In this document: piece by piece, positions 63,201-64,000 of the stretch
Numbering within the stretch: position 1 is the stretch's first letter
How the letters are laid out: each line of letters starts with the position of its first letter
NCBI RefSeq assembly: GCF_964213995.1
Contig: NC_135830.1
Span: 16,058,001 to 16,122,000 of the forward strand
DNA from: Mustelus asterias
Taxonomy: Eukaryota
Direction: 5' to 3'
Length of the DNA stretch: 64,000 nt
Notes under the pieces: model-generated
What the model saw: the letters and a program-made list of their open reading frames with translations, nothing else
Told to the model about the DNA's origin: nothing
Database searches by the model: none
Program-made: the position numbers and the translations under genes

Positions 63201-64000
63201 ACAGTTTCTGTTCCCATCTTATGCCCCCTAATTCTTGCCTAATCGCATCATAATTACCTCTTCCCCAATTGTAAACCTTGCCCTGCCGTACGGCCCTATC
63301 CATCTCCATTGCAATAACAAAAGACTCCAAATTGTGGTCACTATCTCCAAAGTGCTCTCCCACAACCAAATCTTAGACTTGGCCCGGTTCATTTCCCAGT
63401 ACCAAATCCAATGTGGCCTCACCTCTTGTCGGCCTATCCCCAGATTGTGTCAGGAAACCCTCCTGCACACACTGCACAAAAACTGCCCCATTCGAACTAT
63501 TTGACCTACAAAGGTTCCAATCAATATTTGGAAAGTTAAAGTCCCCCATGACAACTACCCTGTGATCCCCACATATATCCATAATCTGCTTAGCAATTTC
63601 TTCCTCCACATCTCTATTACTATTTGGGGGCCTACAGTAAACTCCTAACAATGTGAGCGCTCCTTTCCTATTTCTAACTTCAGCCCATATTACCTCAGTG
63701 TGCAGATCCCCCTCGAAGTGCCTTTCCGCAGCCGTTAAACTATCCTTGATTAACAATGCTACTCCTCCACCTCTTTTACCAGCTTCCCTACACTTACTGA
63801 AACATCTATGCTCTGGAACGTCCAACAACCATTCATGTCCTTGTTCTACCCACGTCTCCGTAATGGCCACAACATCGCAGTCCCAAGTACCAATCCACAC
63901 CCCAAGTTCATCTACCTTGTTCAGGATGCTCCTTGCATTGAAGTAGACACACTTCAACCACCTTCTACTGGTACCCACCCTTGACCTTGATACCTTCCCC
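60275..64000 (-). mobile_element. CR1 LINE(s): short 3' piece 60275-60585 and a long ORF2 copy 60586-64000
   Basis: YFNARSI..ITETW..GDFNFP endonuclease; DFSKAFDKV and FADD RT. Confidence 0.92.
61200..61699 (-). mobile_element. Penelope 3' fragment with an intact hammerhead motif (61293-61329), nested in CR1
   Basis: Reverse complement of about 19190-19654; TSD acagctaa at 61192-61199 and 61700-61707. Confidence 0.88.

Noticed and set aside
1-64000. IgH-like V (TAILV), constant exons or RAG/Transib transposase
   Set aside because: None recognised; apart from the two NAR-like V segments, all V segments look TCR-type.

Overview
Cartilaginous-fish (shark) genomic DNA, most likely the V region of the T-cell receptor alpha/delta locus. 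Its core (about 9.9-24.3 kb) is an inverted, tail-to-tail duplication of a NAR-TCR cassette: leader, IgNAR-like V, J and a leaderless supporting Vdelta. The minus-strand cassette looks intact; the plus-strand cassette is damaged in every segment. Both NAR-like V segments have a long germline CDR3 extension and a 12-bp-spacer RSS, with no separate D before the 23-RSS J, so they look V-D pre-joined in the germline. The most striking feature is that each supporting Vdelta is followed by a tandem 61-bp array of complete 23-RSSs (5 near-perfect units on the intact side, 6 decaying units on the dead side). The two arrays meet exactly where the next heptamers would start, resembling a germline coding joint. 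Also present: an intact V with an intronless leader, several V pseudogenes on both strands, an intact two-exon GPR139/142-like GPCR, a Penelope retroelement and short palindromic Penelope derivatives with hammerhead-ribozyme motifs, a class I endogenous retrovirus that truncates a V gene, many CR1 LINEs and SINEs, a tRNA-Arg pseudogene, satellites and a 129-bp gap. All calls come from reading the sequence; no database searches were run.
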